DNA from: Clostridiaceae bacterium
GTDB taxonomy: Bacteria; Bacillota; Clostridia; Oscillospirales; Acutalibacteraceae
Assembly: GCA_016285645.1 (NCBI GenBank)
Contig: JAEERC010000044.1
Span: forward strand, 35,040-99,039
Length of the DNA stretch: 64,000 bases
Direction of reading: 5' to 3'
Below, piece by piece: positions 28,813 to 38,099 of this stretch. Positions within the stretch are counted from its first letter, which is position 1. The number at the start of each line of letters is the position of its first letter. Position numbers and translations under genes: made by a program. Below the pieces are notes generated by a model, which saw only the letters and a list, made by a program, of their open reading frames with translations, did no database searches and was not told where the DNA came from.

Positions 28813-29613
28813 TTATCCGCAGTGCTTTTTAAACTCGCTTTCAGCCCACACCCGCATAGCGACGGGGGCGTTGTAGAGCACGGTTGCCCAGTAGGAGCGC
28901 TGGTTCACAATTTCGCCGCTCCCGGCGAGGGCGTTGTCTATGGCAAAACTTATAACATCGCTGTCAATCTGCCTGTATCTTTCAATTATATTCTCAAGCG
29001 GGATATCGCAACCGTTTATCCTCTCGGTCTTTCTGCCGCCCGACATTATCTCCGCCACTATGGTGCAAATCGGGTCAAGTATATCCTCACCGTAGGTGTC
29101 GGCGAGAATTTCATAATCAATACGCCATTTGAATTCCTCCTTCATCATTTCAAAAATGTTATTATGATGAGTGATTGATTGTTCAGGATTAATATTGTTG
29201 GAATTATTAATTGATATATTATTTGATTGTGTGCCGTTTTGTAACGATTCACCGTGCGCGGGTTCGTTTTGTAATGATTCGCTTTTGAAAGATTCGCTTT
29301 CGCTTCCCGCCGCGGGGTTCTGAGGGGTTTCGAAAACGCTCCATTCGCCGCAGGAAAAATGCCCGCCGCTGTGAACGGGACCCGTCCGTTTTAAATAGCC
29401 CGCTTTTTCCAGTTCCGTTACAGCCGCCCTCACGCTTCTCACTCCGTCCGCGCACAGCGTTGAAAGCCCCCTTACGCTGAAATTCCAGGTATCGGGCAGC
29501 GAGAAAATGAGATAATAGAGCCCCAGCGCCCTGAGGGAAATGCTCCTTCCTCTTAAAATACCGTTCGGAACAGCCGCGAAGCCCGTGTTCCCCGTTCTGA
29601 ATGTCTTTTTCAA
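28813..29613 (-). CDS. HTH replication-initiator-like protein with DUF6017-like C-terminus (ICE/phage type)
   Basis: TTG start after AAGGAGG; GFAAVPNGILR..ISLRALGLY...LPDTWNFSVRGL...AVTELEKAGYL; C-terminal IDY..L...I.NQRSYWATVLYNAP. Confidence 0.75.
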   Translation of the reverse strand: MKKTFRTGNTGFAAVPNGILRGRSISLRALGLYYLIFSLPDTWNFSVRGLSTLCADGVRSVRAAVTELEKAGYLKRTGPVHSGGHFSCGEWSVFETPQNPAAGSESESFKSESLQNEPAHGESLQNGTQSNNISINNSNNINPEQSITHHNNIFEMMKEEFKWRIDYEILADTYGEDILDPICTIVAEIMSGGRKTERINGCDIPLENIIERYRQIDSDVISFAIDNALAGSGEIVNQRSYWATVLYNAPVAMRVWAESEFKKHCG

Positions 29614-29761
29614 TTTGCAGTCCTCCTTAAAAGTCCTTTCATTTATAATCAAAACAGGGGTGTTTTGTGACGTTTTTACTTCAAATTTCACAAGGACGAT
29701 AATTGAATTATCATTTTCCGTTTGATATAATATGAGAGAAAAAACAAAAAGGAGACGAGCC

Positions 29762-31144
29762 GTGAAGAACAATCATTACAATTGGAATTACGACTATTCG
29801 CAGACGCTTTGGATGAAGATGTTTTTGGCGAGACCCGATTTCAGAAACAACCGTTCCGAGGTGCTTATCACCTTTGAGCAGGCGCTTGACATCATAAAAA
29901 CCGTTGACGCTCTCACTCAGGGAATCACCAAAATAATCTACCTCGTCGGCTGGCAGGGGCTGGGTCACGACGACTGCTTCCCCGAAATGGAGGTTGTAAA
30001 CGATTATCTCAAGCGGGAGTGCGACAAAGACGGCAGGGAGAGTCTCTGTTGGCTTTTCAATGAGGCGAAAAAATACAACACGGTTGTAAGCTTTCACGGC
30101 AACCTTGCCGACGCCTATTCGCAGAACCCCTCGCACGAAGAATTCGTCAAAGCGAACGCGCTGTGCAACGGGATTGACGGGAAGCCCGCGGTGATAGAAA
30201 GATTCAACGACAGGGACGCCTTCAAAACGAGTTATAAGCAGTATTGGGAGAGCGGTCTTTTCAAAAAATACTGGGACAGGTTCTGTGAAGCGGTTCCGGT
30301 AATCGAGGCGGGCACGGTTCACCTGGACAATTACTGCGTGGCGCAGAGCTTAAACCCCTACACCACGGCGCAGGAAGACATTGAGGCGCGCAACAAAATG
30401 CTCGACTATATCGCCTCGCTCGGCATTGACGTCACCACGGAGTACACCTACCGCGAGGCGGAACTGAGAGCCGAAAGCCACAAGCACCCGATTCATTATC
30501 TCTACCGCACAACGGGCAAGCCCATACCCGAGGTTGACTGGCGAAGCGTTCCGATGCACACACTGGGCAGAATTCCCGCCTCCTGGTGGACGAACAATAT
30601 AACGGCCGCCGAATGCGTGAACATTCCCCCTGCCCTTTACAGCGGACATCTTACGGATTCAGCCCTGCTCGCGGTGTTTTACGGGGCGATGCACGGCGAG
30701 GATATATGGATGGAACACGGCGTAAAAACCGAGAACTGGGCGGATGAGTTCCTTTATCAGTTCTGCACGCTTCAGCTGCCGTATTTTTATTTGAACCGTT
30801 ACGACAGGGTCAACATCGTGCCCGACGGCGAGGATTATATCGCTTATTTTTCTGATGATATTGTAAGTTACGGCAAAACGGGAACGATTGTGAAAAACGG
30901 CGTTATGCTCAAAGAGGGAAATGATGTGTGCCTGCCGCTCGATAAGGAATGCGAAACCTTCATCGCCTACTCCGAAAACGGCAGAAGCGGCGAATGGTTT
31001 ATGCCTGACGCCCGGTTTGAAAAAGCGAAGATTTACGAAATCACGACGGACTCGAACAAATATATCGGGGAAGCGGACATCAGGGGCGGAAAAATAAGTC
31101 TTACTCTCGCCCCCAGTCAGGCATTTGTGATAAAAGCGGAGTGA
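29762..31144 (+). CDS. Glycoside hydrolase, endo-alpha-N-acetylgalactosaminidase (GH101-like) family
   Basis: GTG start after AAGGAG; TFEQALDIIK..D..T.G..KIIYLVGWQ..GHD..FP, VSFHGN..DAY, VHLDNY. Confidence 0.6.
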   Translation: MKNNHYNWNYDYSQTLWMKMFLARPDFRNNRSEVLITFEQALDIIKTVDALTQGITKIIYLVGWQGLGHDDCFPEMEVVNDYLKRECDKDGRESLCWLFNEAKKYNTVVSFHGNLADAYSQNPSHEEFVKANALCNGIDGKPAVIERFNDRDAFKTSYKQYWESGLFKKYWDRFCEAVPVIEAGTVHLDNYCVAQSLNPYTTAQEDIEARNKMLDYIASLGIDVTTEYTYREAELRAESHKHPIHYLYRTTGKPIPEVDWRSVPMHTLGRIPASWWTNNITAAECVNIPPALYSGHLTDSALLAVFYGAMHGEDIWMEHGVKTENWADEFLYQFCTLQLPYFYLNRYDRVNIVPDGEDYIAYFSDDIVSYGKTGTIVKNGVMLKEGNDVCLPLDKECETFIAYSENGRSGEWFMPDARFEKAKIYEITTDSNKYIGEADIRGGKISLTLAPSQAFVIKAE

Positions 31145-31259
31145 AACAATTTGTTAAATTAAATAAATATTTTCATTTATTGACATTTAATTTTAGATAT
31201 GTTACTATAAAAATAGCGTAAAATGCGCGTAAAGAATTAACCGAAAGGAAGTTTGATTT

Positions 31260-31631
31260 ATGGGAAAATTCGCAGTTAAAGAAGTTAAAACAGGCATTAT
31301 GTTCAACCTCAAGTCAGGCAACGGTCAGGTTATAGCCACCTCCGAGATTTACAAATCGAAGGCGTCCTGCATGAACGGCATCGAGAGCGTCCGCGCCAAC
31401 TGCGCAGCCGAAATCGAAGACCAGACAGTTGAGAATTTCGCGAAACTCAAGAACCCCAAGTATGAAGTTTACGCCGACAAGAAAGGTCAGTTCCGTTTCC
31501 GCCTGAAGGCAAAGAACGGCCAGATCATCGCCACATCCGAGGCGTACAAAGAGATGAAGAGCTGCCTCAACGGCATTGCCAGCGTCAAAAAGAACGCTCC
31601 CGAAGCAAAGGTAGTTTTCGAGGAGAAATAA
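31260..31631 (+). CDS. YegP/DUF1508 family protein (tandem domains)
   Basis: Two copies of F.LK..NGQ.IATSE.YK....C.NGI.SV. Confidence 0.9.
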   Translation: MGKFAVKEVKTGIMFNLKSGNGQVIATSEIYKSKASCMNGIESVRANCAAEIEDQTVENFAKLKNPKYEVYADKKGQFRFRLKAKNGQIIATSEAYKEMKSCLNGIASVKKNAPEAKVVFEEK

Positions 31632-31639
31632 TTTAAGCC

Positions 31640-31673
31640 AAAAAAAATCCGTTCCTTCGGGAACGGATTTTTT
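31640..31673. terminator. Bidirectional terminator
   Basis: aaaaaaatccgttcc-ttc-gggaacggatttttt. Confidence 0.85.
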
Positions 31674-31688
31674 CTTTATGTCTTGTTA

Positions 31689-33569
31689 TCACAGTTTTTT
31701 CACATTGAGCGCCCTTACGGCGTTTAAAACGGCTATTATCATAACGCCCACATCGGCGAACACGGCAAGCCACATATTCGCTATACCCGCCGCGCCGAGA
31801 ATGAGACAGGCGAATTTCACGCCGAGCGCGATTATTATGTTCTGGTAAACTATCCGCAGGCATTTTCTGGAGATTTTGATTGCCTTGCTTATTTTGAGCG
31901 GGTCGTCGTCCATAAGCACCACATCGGCCGCCTCAATGGCGGCGTCGCTGCCCAGAGCGCCCATCGCTATTCCTATATCCGCCGCGCTTAAAACGGGAGC
32001 GTCGTTTATGCCGTCGCCCGCGAACGCGGTTTTGCCCTTTGCCGTTGACCTTATTATCTCCTCGGTTTTCGCGACCTTTTCGGCGGGCAGAAGGCGCGAA
32101 ACATGCTCATCGATTGAGAGCGCCTCGCACACGGGCTTTGCCGCCGCCTCGCTGTCACCCGTGAGCATCACGGTTTTTATGCCCGATTCTTTTAGCGCCT
32201 TTATCGCTTTTGCGGATGTTTTCTTTATTGTGTCGGAAATGACGATATAGCCGAGGAATCCGGAGTTTACTGCCACATATACAACAGTGCCGTTTTCGGG
32301 CGCTTCGGTGTATTTTACGCCGAGTTCGTCCATCAGAGCGCCGTTGCCCGCGCAGACGGTTTTACCGTCAACCTCGGCGGTTACGCCCTTGCCCCTTATT
32401 TCACGAACGCCCGAAACACGGCTTAAATCGATATCCCTGCCGTATTTTTCAATTATGCTGCGGCTTATAGGATGCGAGGAGGAGCTTTCGGCGAGGGCGG
32501 CTGTTTCAATGAGTTTTTCATCATCGCCGTCCCGGGCGTAAACTTTATTTACGCTGAAACTGCCCTCGGTGAGAGTGCCCGTTTTGTCAAACACCACGGT
32601 TTTGGTTTTTGAGAGGGTTTCAAGATAATTCGAGCCCTTTATGAGTATTCCCTCGCGGCTCGCTCCGCCCAGACCAGCGAAAAACGAGAGCGGCACGGAA
32701 ATAACAAGCGCGCAGGGGCAGCTTATCACAAGGAAGGTAAGCGCCCTGTAAATCCAGTCGCTCCACGAGGGAGCGCTTTTTAATATGAGCATACGGAAAA
32801 GCGGAACTCCGACGGCGAGAGTGAGCGCCAGAGCGCAGACGGCGGGAGTGTAAAAACGGGCGAACCTGCTTATGAAGTTTTCCGATTTCGATTTTCGCGA
32901 GGACGAGTTTTCGACAAGCTCGAGTATTTTTGAGACGGTGGATTCGCCGAATTCCTTTGTGGTTCTGATTCTGAGAAGGCCGTCAATGTTTATGCAGCCG
33001 CTCATAACCTCGTCGCCCCCGTAAACCTGAGAAGGAACGCTCTCACCCGTGAGAGCGGCGGTATCAAGCGAGGAAGAGCCCTCGATAACAACGCCGTCAA
33101 TCGGAATTTTCTCGCCGGGTCGTACGATTATAACAGTGCCCGGCTCAATATCGTCGGGGCTCAGCTGCGTTATTTTGCCGTCGATTTCAACATTCGCGTA
33201 ATCGGGGCGGATATCCATAAGCGCGCTTATATTTTTACGGCTTTTGCCCACGGCGTAGCTTTCAAAGAGCTGACCCAGCTGATAAAAGACCATAACCGCG
33301 ACCGCCTCAACATAATCGCCGCTTTTTGAGTAAACGGCGAGCGAAAACGCGCCCACGGAGGCGACAGCCATAAGAAAAAGCTCATCAAACACCCTGCCGC
33401 GTATTATTCCCCTGCCCGCCTTTATGAGCACATCGTAAGCGATTATGAGATAATCGGCGAGGTAAAGGGCGAACATTATATACGGATTAAGGTGTACGAA
33501 ACGCAAGGCGATGAGAAAAACGGCGGATATTATTATTCTTACAAGTAATTTCTTTTGTTTTCTGTTCAT
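31689..33569 (-). CDS. P1B-type heavy-metal translocating ATPase (Cd/Zn/Co, CadA/ZntA-like)
   Basis: LTGES, SCPCALVIS, DKTGTLT, SSHP, GDGINDAP. Confidence 0.95.
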   Translation of the reverse strand: MNRKQKKLLVRIIISAVFLIALRFVHLNPYIMFALYLADYLIIAYDVLIKAGRGIIRGRVFDELFLMAVASVGAFSLAVYSKSGDYVEAVAVMVFYQLGQLFESYAVGKSRKNISALMDIRPDYANVEIDGKITQLSPDDIEPGTVIIVRPGEKIPIDGVVIEGSSSLDTAALTGESVPSQVYGGDEVMSGCINIDGLLRIRTTKEFGESTVSKILELVENSSSRKSKSENFISRFARFYTPAVCALALTLAVGVPLFRMLILKSAPSWSDWIYRALTFLVISCPCALVISVPLSFFAGLGGASREGILIKGSNYLETLSKTKTVVFDKTGTLTEGSFSVNKVYARDGDDEKLIETAALAESSSSHPISRSIIEKYGRDIDLSRVSGVREIRGKGVTAEVDGKTVCAGNGALMDELGVKYTEAPENGTVVYVAVNSGFLGYIVISDTIKKTSAKAIKALKESGIKTVMLTGDSEAAAKPVCEALSIDEHVSRLLPAEKVAKTEEIIRSTAKGKTAFAGDGINDAPVLSAADIGIAMGALGSDAAIEAADVVLMDDDPLKISKAIKISRKCLRIVYQNIIIALGVKFACLILGAAGIANMWLAVFADVGVMIIAVLNAVRALNVKKL

Positions 33570-33580
33570 AAAGCACCTCA

Positions 33581-33604
33581 ACAATTAAACGGTTATTTAA
33601 TTGT
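33581..33604. promoter_or_regulatory. Second copy of putative ArsR/SmtB operator, just upstream of the ATPase SD
   Basis: ACAATTAAAC-ggtt-ATTTAATTGT, 1 stem mismatch relative to 33858-33881. Confidence 0.75.
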
Positions 33605-33623
33605 TACCCGTAAAAAAGAGCCG

Positions 33624-33842
33624 TCAGAACTCTATTTCACAGTCCGGCTCAATCTTTCTGCACGCCTTGAGAACCTTTTTCATAACCTTTTTCTCGTCGG
33701 CGCCCTCTTCGAATTCCACGGTCATTTTAAGAGCCATAAAGTTTACAACGGCGTTTACTACGCCCTCGGTTTTGTTGGCGGCGCCCTCCATAAGATTGGC
33801 GCAGTTGGCGCAGTCCACTTCAATATTATATTTCCCGGTCAT
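33624..33842 (-). CDS. Heavy-metal-associated (HMA) domain protein
   Basis: VDCANCANLMEGA..K.EGV..AVVNF. Confidence 0.9.
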   Translation of the reverse strand: MTGKYNIEVDCANCANLMEGAANKTEGVVNAVVNFMALKMTVEFEEGADEKKVMKKVLKACRKIEPDCEIEF

Positions 33843-33857
33843 ATCATTACCTCCTTT

Positions 33858-33918
33858 ACAATTAAACGATTGTTTAATTGTTTAATACTATTATAGTATC
33901 TGTTTGATGATTTGTCAA
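33858..33918 (-). promoter_or_regulatory. Sigma-A promoter plus palindromic ArsR/SmtB operator for HMA-ATPase unit
   Basis: Minus-strand TTGACA (33918-33913) -17 bp- TATAAT (33895-33890); perfect IR ACAATTAAAC-gatt-GTTTAATTGT at 33858-33881. Confidence 0.82.
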
Positions 33919-33993
33919 TAGCCCTGCGGAATAATTTGACTTGTTAAATTATAAAAAATGTAATATAATGGAACAGACGAAAGGAGAATCGTT

Positions 33994-34374
33994 ATGGCAG
34001 AATTTACTCTCCCCCACCACCACAGCGACGTCAGCGACGCCCTTTCAATCAAGGAGACGCTCGACAAAACCGGGAATTTCACCAAGGTTGCCGAAATTTT
34101 CAAGAATCTCGGCGACTCAAACCGCCTGCGCATTTTCTGCCTTCTCTGCCACAGGGAGGAGTGCGTTATAGACATAGCCGCCATGGTGGATATGACCACG
34201 CCCGCGGTTTCGCACCACCTGAAGGTTCTCAAGGCGGCGGGGCTTATCATAAGCAGGCGCAGCGGCAAGGAGGTCTATTACAGGGCGGCGGACACGTTTG
34301 AAGCCGATTTTCTGCACAAAGCCGTTGACAAGGTTATGGACATCACCTGCCCCGGCAGAGTGGATATTGAGTGA
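33994..34374 (+). CDS. ArsR/SmtB/CadC family metal-sensing repressor
   Basis: FKNLGDSNRLRIF..L...EECVIDIA....PAVSHHLKVLK..GLI..RRSGKEVYY. Confidence 0.93.
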   Translation: MAEFTLPHHHSDVSDALSIKETLDKTGNFTKVAEIFKNLGDSNRLRIFCLLCHREECVIDIAAMVDMTTPAVSHHLKVLKAAGLIISRRSGKEVYYRAADTFEADFLHKAVDKVMDITCPGRVDIE

Positions 34375-34401
34375 ATCCGGCGGCATAATACAGGGTTTAA
34401 T

Positions 34402-35034
34402 GCAGGGCGACAGATTGTCGCCCTTTTTTAATGACAAATTCCAAATTCCCAATTCCGAATTAAAGGGCGCAGGGCGTCGGATAATATCGCCACACCCGTC
34501 TTGTTCGCTTCGCTCACAATCCACCCTCTCCGTTCTCGGAGAGGGCTATAAGCACATTACCGCAAACCAACCGTTAACAACCGTAGAGCACGGATATATC
34601 CGTGCCGTAATGTCATTCCGAGGGAGTGAAACGGCCGTGGGAATCTCACATTTAAAGGGATGTTTCAATAATAATCGGAGATTGCCACACCGTTGTTCGC
34701 AACGGTTCGCAATGACATCCGCTTTGCGGATTATACGTCCTCACGGACGGTCGCTAAACGAAACGCATATATGCGTTCCCTACGGTGAGAAACAAGTTTT
34801 ATGTTTACAATAGCCCTCTCCGAGAACGGAGAGGGTGGCGCGACGACGCAAAGCGGAGGAGTGACGGGTGTGGCGAAAAGCGAATCAGACATACATTGCA
34901 AATCTCCGTTTTGCCCGGAACGCCGGACGGCGTTCTCTACGGTGAGAAACAAGTTTTATGTTTAAAAAAGTTCACTCGATGAAAGCACAAAAACGAAGAG
35001 GTGCGGGTCTCCGCCTTCAAGCCCGCGCCCCTGC
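34402..35034. repeat. REP-like mosaic cluster C with long inverted arms
   Basis: 29-bp perfect IR 34521-34549 / 34810-34838; 14-bp IR 34487-34500 / 34863-34876; GTCATTCCGAG...GCAATGAC core 34612-34716; 28-bp direct repeat at 34780 and 34937. Confidence 0.88.
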
Positions 35035-35040
35035 AACACA

Positions 35041-35066
35041 AAAAGCCGTCCCGGAGGACGGCTTTT
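35041..35066. terminator. Bidirectional terminator downstream of putP
   Basis: aaaagccgtcc-cgga-ggacggctttt. Confidence 0.85.
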
Positions 35067-35083
35067 TATTTTGTTGTGATTTT

Positions 35084-36595
35084 TTATTGCTGTTCGAACG
35101 AATCCGAAACCGCTCTGTCGTAGAGGTCGTAAACTTCCTTCTTGGGCTCTTTGTCGATGAGAGTGATGATAACGGCGGCAAGGCAGCCGACGATGAAGCC
35201 GGGCACGATTTCGTAGAGATAGAAACCGTTGTCGGCGTTGTTGACAAACACGAGCCAGAGGATATCGGTGAGAGCGCCGCATACAACGCCCGCGATGGCG
35301 CCCTTGTAAGTGAGACGCTTCCAGAACAGAGTGAGGATGATTACGGGGCCGAAGGAGGCGCCGAAACCGCCCCAGGCGTTTTCAACAAGATTCATAATGC
35401 CGCTCGCGGCTTCCGATTTGCTGCTCGCGATGAAATAGGCGATAACAGCGATGATGAGAACAACAATTCTGCCCACCCAGAGTGCCTCTTTGTCGGAGGC
35501 GTTCTTTCTCATAACGGGCTTATAAATATCGCTTGTGAATGAGGAAGAAGCGACAAGAAGCTGGGAGTCCGCGGTGCTCATTGCGGCGGCTATTACAGCC
35601 GAGAGAAGAAGACCGCCGATGAAGGGAGGGAAGAGCTCCGTGCATCTGATGAAGATTCTTTCCTGAAGTCCTTCTTTGAGAAGGGACTCGGCGTAAAGCG
35701 CTCTGCCGAGAATTGCTATCGCGATGGCGGCGCCGAGTGAAAGCACAACCCATACAATACCGATTACAGCGGACTTTTTGATAGTCTTTGAATCCTTGGC
35801 AGACATAAATCTTACAATGATGTGGGGCATACCGAAATAGCCGAGACCCCAGCCGAGACCGGAGACTATATCCGTCCAGTGGGAGGCGAAGGGATTTGAG
35901 TTGAACACGCTCATTGTGCCGTCAGACATAAGATATTCCTTCGTGATGTTGGAAGCAAGGAAATCCTCGCTTTTCACAATGAGAATCGGCACGGCGAGAA
36001 GGGCTATGAGCATCATAAGGCCCTGGAAGAAGTCGGTCCAGCAAACCGCCTTGAAGCCGCCGAGGAAGGTGTAAAGAACGATGATGAGGGCGAAAATAAG
36101 AAGAGCGGTGCCCTGATCTACCGAGGGAAGAACCTTTGTGAAAACAGCCGCGCCCGCGAGGAAGCTCGAAGCGACATAGGCGGTGAAGCACACAAGGAAG
36201 ATAACGGCGCAGATAATCTGAAGCGCCTTGCCCTCTTCAAGGAATCTGTTTTTGAGGTACTGCGGAATGGTAATGGAATCGTTTGCCGCGGCGGAGAACT
36301 GGCGGAGTCTTTTAGCAACGAAAATCCAGTTGAGAGCCGTGCCGAGCGCAAGACCGATGCCTATCCACACCTTGCCCATACCGAAGGCGAGAATGCTGCC
36401 CGGGAAGCCCATAAGCAGCCAGCCGCTCATATCCGACGCCTGCGCGCTCATCGCGGTTACCCAGGGGCCCATTGAACGGCCGCCGAGGAAGTAATCCTTT
36501 TCGTTGCCGTTTTTGGTTTTGATAAAGAAGAAGATGCCGACGCCTATTATCAGAACGAAATAGAGGACGAAGGCAACAAGTTGCGAGTTGATCAT
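35084..36595 (-). CDS. putP: Sodium/proline symporter
   Basis: YFLGGR.MGPWVTAMSAQASDMSGWLLMG.PG, WGLGYFGMPHI..RFM, AMSTADSQLLV; ATG 36595 after GGAGG. Confidence 0.92.
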   Translation of the reverse strand: MINSQLVAFVLYFVLIIGVGIFFFIKTKNGNEKDYFLGGRSMGPWVTAMSAQASDMSGWLLMGFPGSILAFGMGKVWIGIGLALGTALNWIFVAKRLRQFSAAANDSITIPQYLKNRFLEEGKALQIICAVIFLVCFTAYVASSFLAGAAVFTKVLPSVDQGTALLIFALIIVLYTFLGGFKAVCWTDFFQGLMMLIALLAVPILIVKSEDFLASNITKEYLMSDGTMSVFNSNPFASHWTDIVSGLGWGLGYFGMPHIIVRFMSAKDSKTIKKSAVIGIVWVVLSLGAAIAIAILGRALYAESLLKEGLQERIFIRCTELFPPFIGGLLLSAVIAAAMSTADSQLLVASSSFTSDIYKPVMRKNASDKEALWVGRIVVLIIAVIAYFIASSKSEAASGIMNLVENAWGGFGASFGPVIILTLFWKRLTYKGAIAGVVCGALTDILWLVFVNNADNGFYLYEIVPGFIVGCLAAVIITLIDKEPKKEVYDLYDRAVSDSFEQQ

Positions 36596-36676
36596 TTTGA
36601 TTTCCTCCGTATATATTATTAATATAATGCAACGCCCGAAAGTATAACACAACAATTACCAGAATGAAATACAGAA

Positions 36677-36704
36677 CGGAGTCCGGAATAATACCCGGAC
36701 TCCG
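36677..36704 (-). terminator. Terminator-like hairpin ending the minus-strand tetR unit
   Basis: cggagtccgg-8nt-ccggactccg with T-rich run on the minus strand. Confidence 0.6.
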
Positions 36705-36795
36705 ATTATAAATAATCTTGATTTTCCTTTATTTTCAAGGTTTTTCGCCGTAAACAATTACGGGAATGATAAATATAATGAAAATAAATATTTTT

Positions 36796-37386
36796 TTATT
36801 TTTTTACAAGAAAACCGTCAAAAAGCACGGGCAGAAGCTTTTCCGAGTAGCCGGCAAGGGAGTATTCGCCGCCGCACAGGCACCAGTCGCTTATAATCGC
36901 GCGCTCGCACAGGGCGTACGCCTTGACGATTTCATTGAGCGAAATGTCGCTTCTTATCTCGCCCGAGTTCTGCCCCTCCGAAATGATTTTGCGGATGAGT
37001 TTGTAATAAACCCTGCTGTGGTCGAGCAGACTCCTGCTCCCCTTCGTGGTCATCTGCGAGGAATAGAGCCGCGCTATGAGTTCAACGGGAGTGCCGTTTT
37101 CCATCATCGAGAAAAGCTCCCTGTTGAGATACATAAGCTTCTGAAAGCAGGTCATATCGGGAGTCAGCGACCCCTTCAGCTCCTCATATCTGCCGTCAAA
37201 CAGGTCGGAGAGGGAGTTGAGCAGATCGTCCTTGCCGTCGAAATAGTGGTAAAACGAGCCGCGCGAGGTGCCCGATTCATAGACTATCTCCTCAACGCTC
37301 GTGTTCTCGTAGCCCTGCTCGTAAAAGAGCTTCCAGGCGGCGTTTACGATTTTCGCCTTGGTGTTTTTGTTGGGCTTTCTTGCCAT
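36796..37386 (-). CDS. TetR/AcrR family regulator
   Basis: AAWKLFYEQGYENTSVEEI...GTSRGSFYHYF.GKDDL HTH. Confidence 0.93.
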   Translation of the reverse strand: MARKPNKNTKAKIVNAAWKLFYEQGYENTSVEEIVYESGTSRGSFYHYFDGKDDLLNSLSDLFDGRYEELKGSLTPDMTCFQKLMYLNRELFSMMENGTPVELIARLYSSQMTTKGSRSLLDHSRVYYKLIRKIISEGQNSGEIRSDISLNEIVKAYALCERAIISDWCLCGGEYSLAGYSEKLLPVLFDGFLVKK

Positions 37387-37388
37387 TT

Positions 37389-38099
37389 TTATACCTCTAA
37401 TTCCGAAAGAACTTCGCCTACGTTTCTGTGGGTGATGAAGGTGGCGAGCGAGTCCATCTGCGTTTTGTCGCGGTTTATGAGCACAAGGTTCTCGCCGCCG
37501 AAATAGCGCACGAAGCCCGCCGCGGGGTAAACCGTAAGACTTGTGCCCGCGATTATGAGAGTGTCGGCTTTTGAAATATGATTGACCGCCTGAGTCACGG
37601 TTCTGTCGTCGAGCGGCTCCTCATAGAGCACCACATCCGGCTTGATTATGCCCCCGCAGGAGCATTCGGGAACGCCCCGCGAGTTGATTATGTAATCCAC
37701 ATCATAGCTTTTACCGCAGTTCATACAGTAATTTCTCATTACGCTGCCGTGAAGCTCGAGCACATTTTCGCTGCCCGCCGCCTGATGAAGGCCGTCGATA
37801 TTCTGCGTTATTACCGCCTTTAACTTGCCCGCTTTTTCGAGTTTGGCGAGCGTGATGTGCGCCGGATTCGGCTTTTTGTCGGTAAACAGCATTTTGTCGC
37901 GGTAGAAGCGGTAAAACTCCTGTGTGTTTCTCATAAAGAAGGTGTGGCTCAAAATCGTTTCGGGCGGGTAATCGTATTTCTGATTGTAGAGCCCATCCAC
38001 GCTTCTGAAATCGGGTATGCCGCTCTCGGTGGAAACTCCCGCCCCGCCGAAAAACACAATATAGTTGCTTTCGTCAATTATCTGCTGTAATGTTTTCAT
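37389..38099 (-). CDS. cobB: NAD-dependent protein deacylase (sirtuin)
   Basis: GAGVSTESGIPDFR, TQNIDGLH, ELHG, Zn-binding Cys pairs, IKPDVVLY, GTSL.VYPAA. Confidence 0.93.
   Translation of the reverse strand: MKTLQQIIDESNYIVFFGGAGVSTESGIPDFRSVDGLYNQKYDYPPETILSHTFFMRNTQEFYRFYRDKMLFTDKKPNPAHITLAKLEKAGKLKAVITQNIDGLHQAAGSENVLELHGSVMRNYCMNCGKSYDVDYIINSRGVPECSCGGIIKPDVVLYEEPLDDRTVTQAVNHISKADTLIIAGTSLTVYPAAGFVRYFGGENLVLINRDKTQMDSLATFITHRNVGEVLSELEV

Noticed and set aside
23866-29613. A single genomic island from tRNA-Leu through the rep-like gene
   Set aside because: No third att copy or integrase was found, and the only tRNA duplicate is 169 bp away. An island boundary cannot be supported.
37389-38099. 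Sirtuin as an anti-phage Sir2 (Thoeris/DSR) effector
   Set aside because: It has the standard CobB size with Zn-finger Cys and housekeeping neighbours (folA, thyA), and no TIR/ATPase/defence partners.
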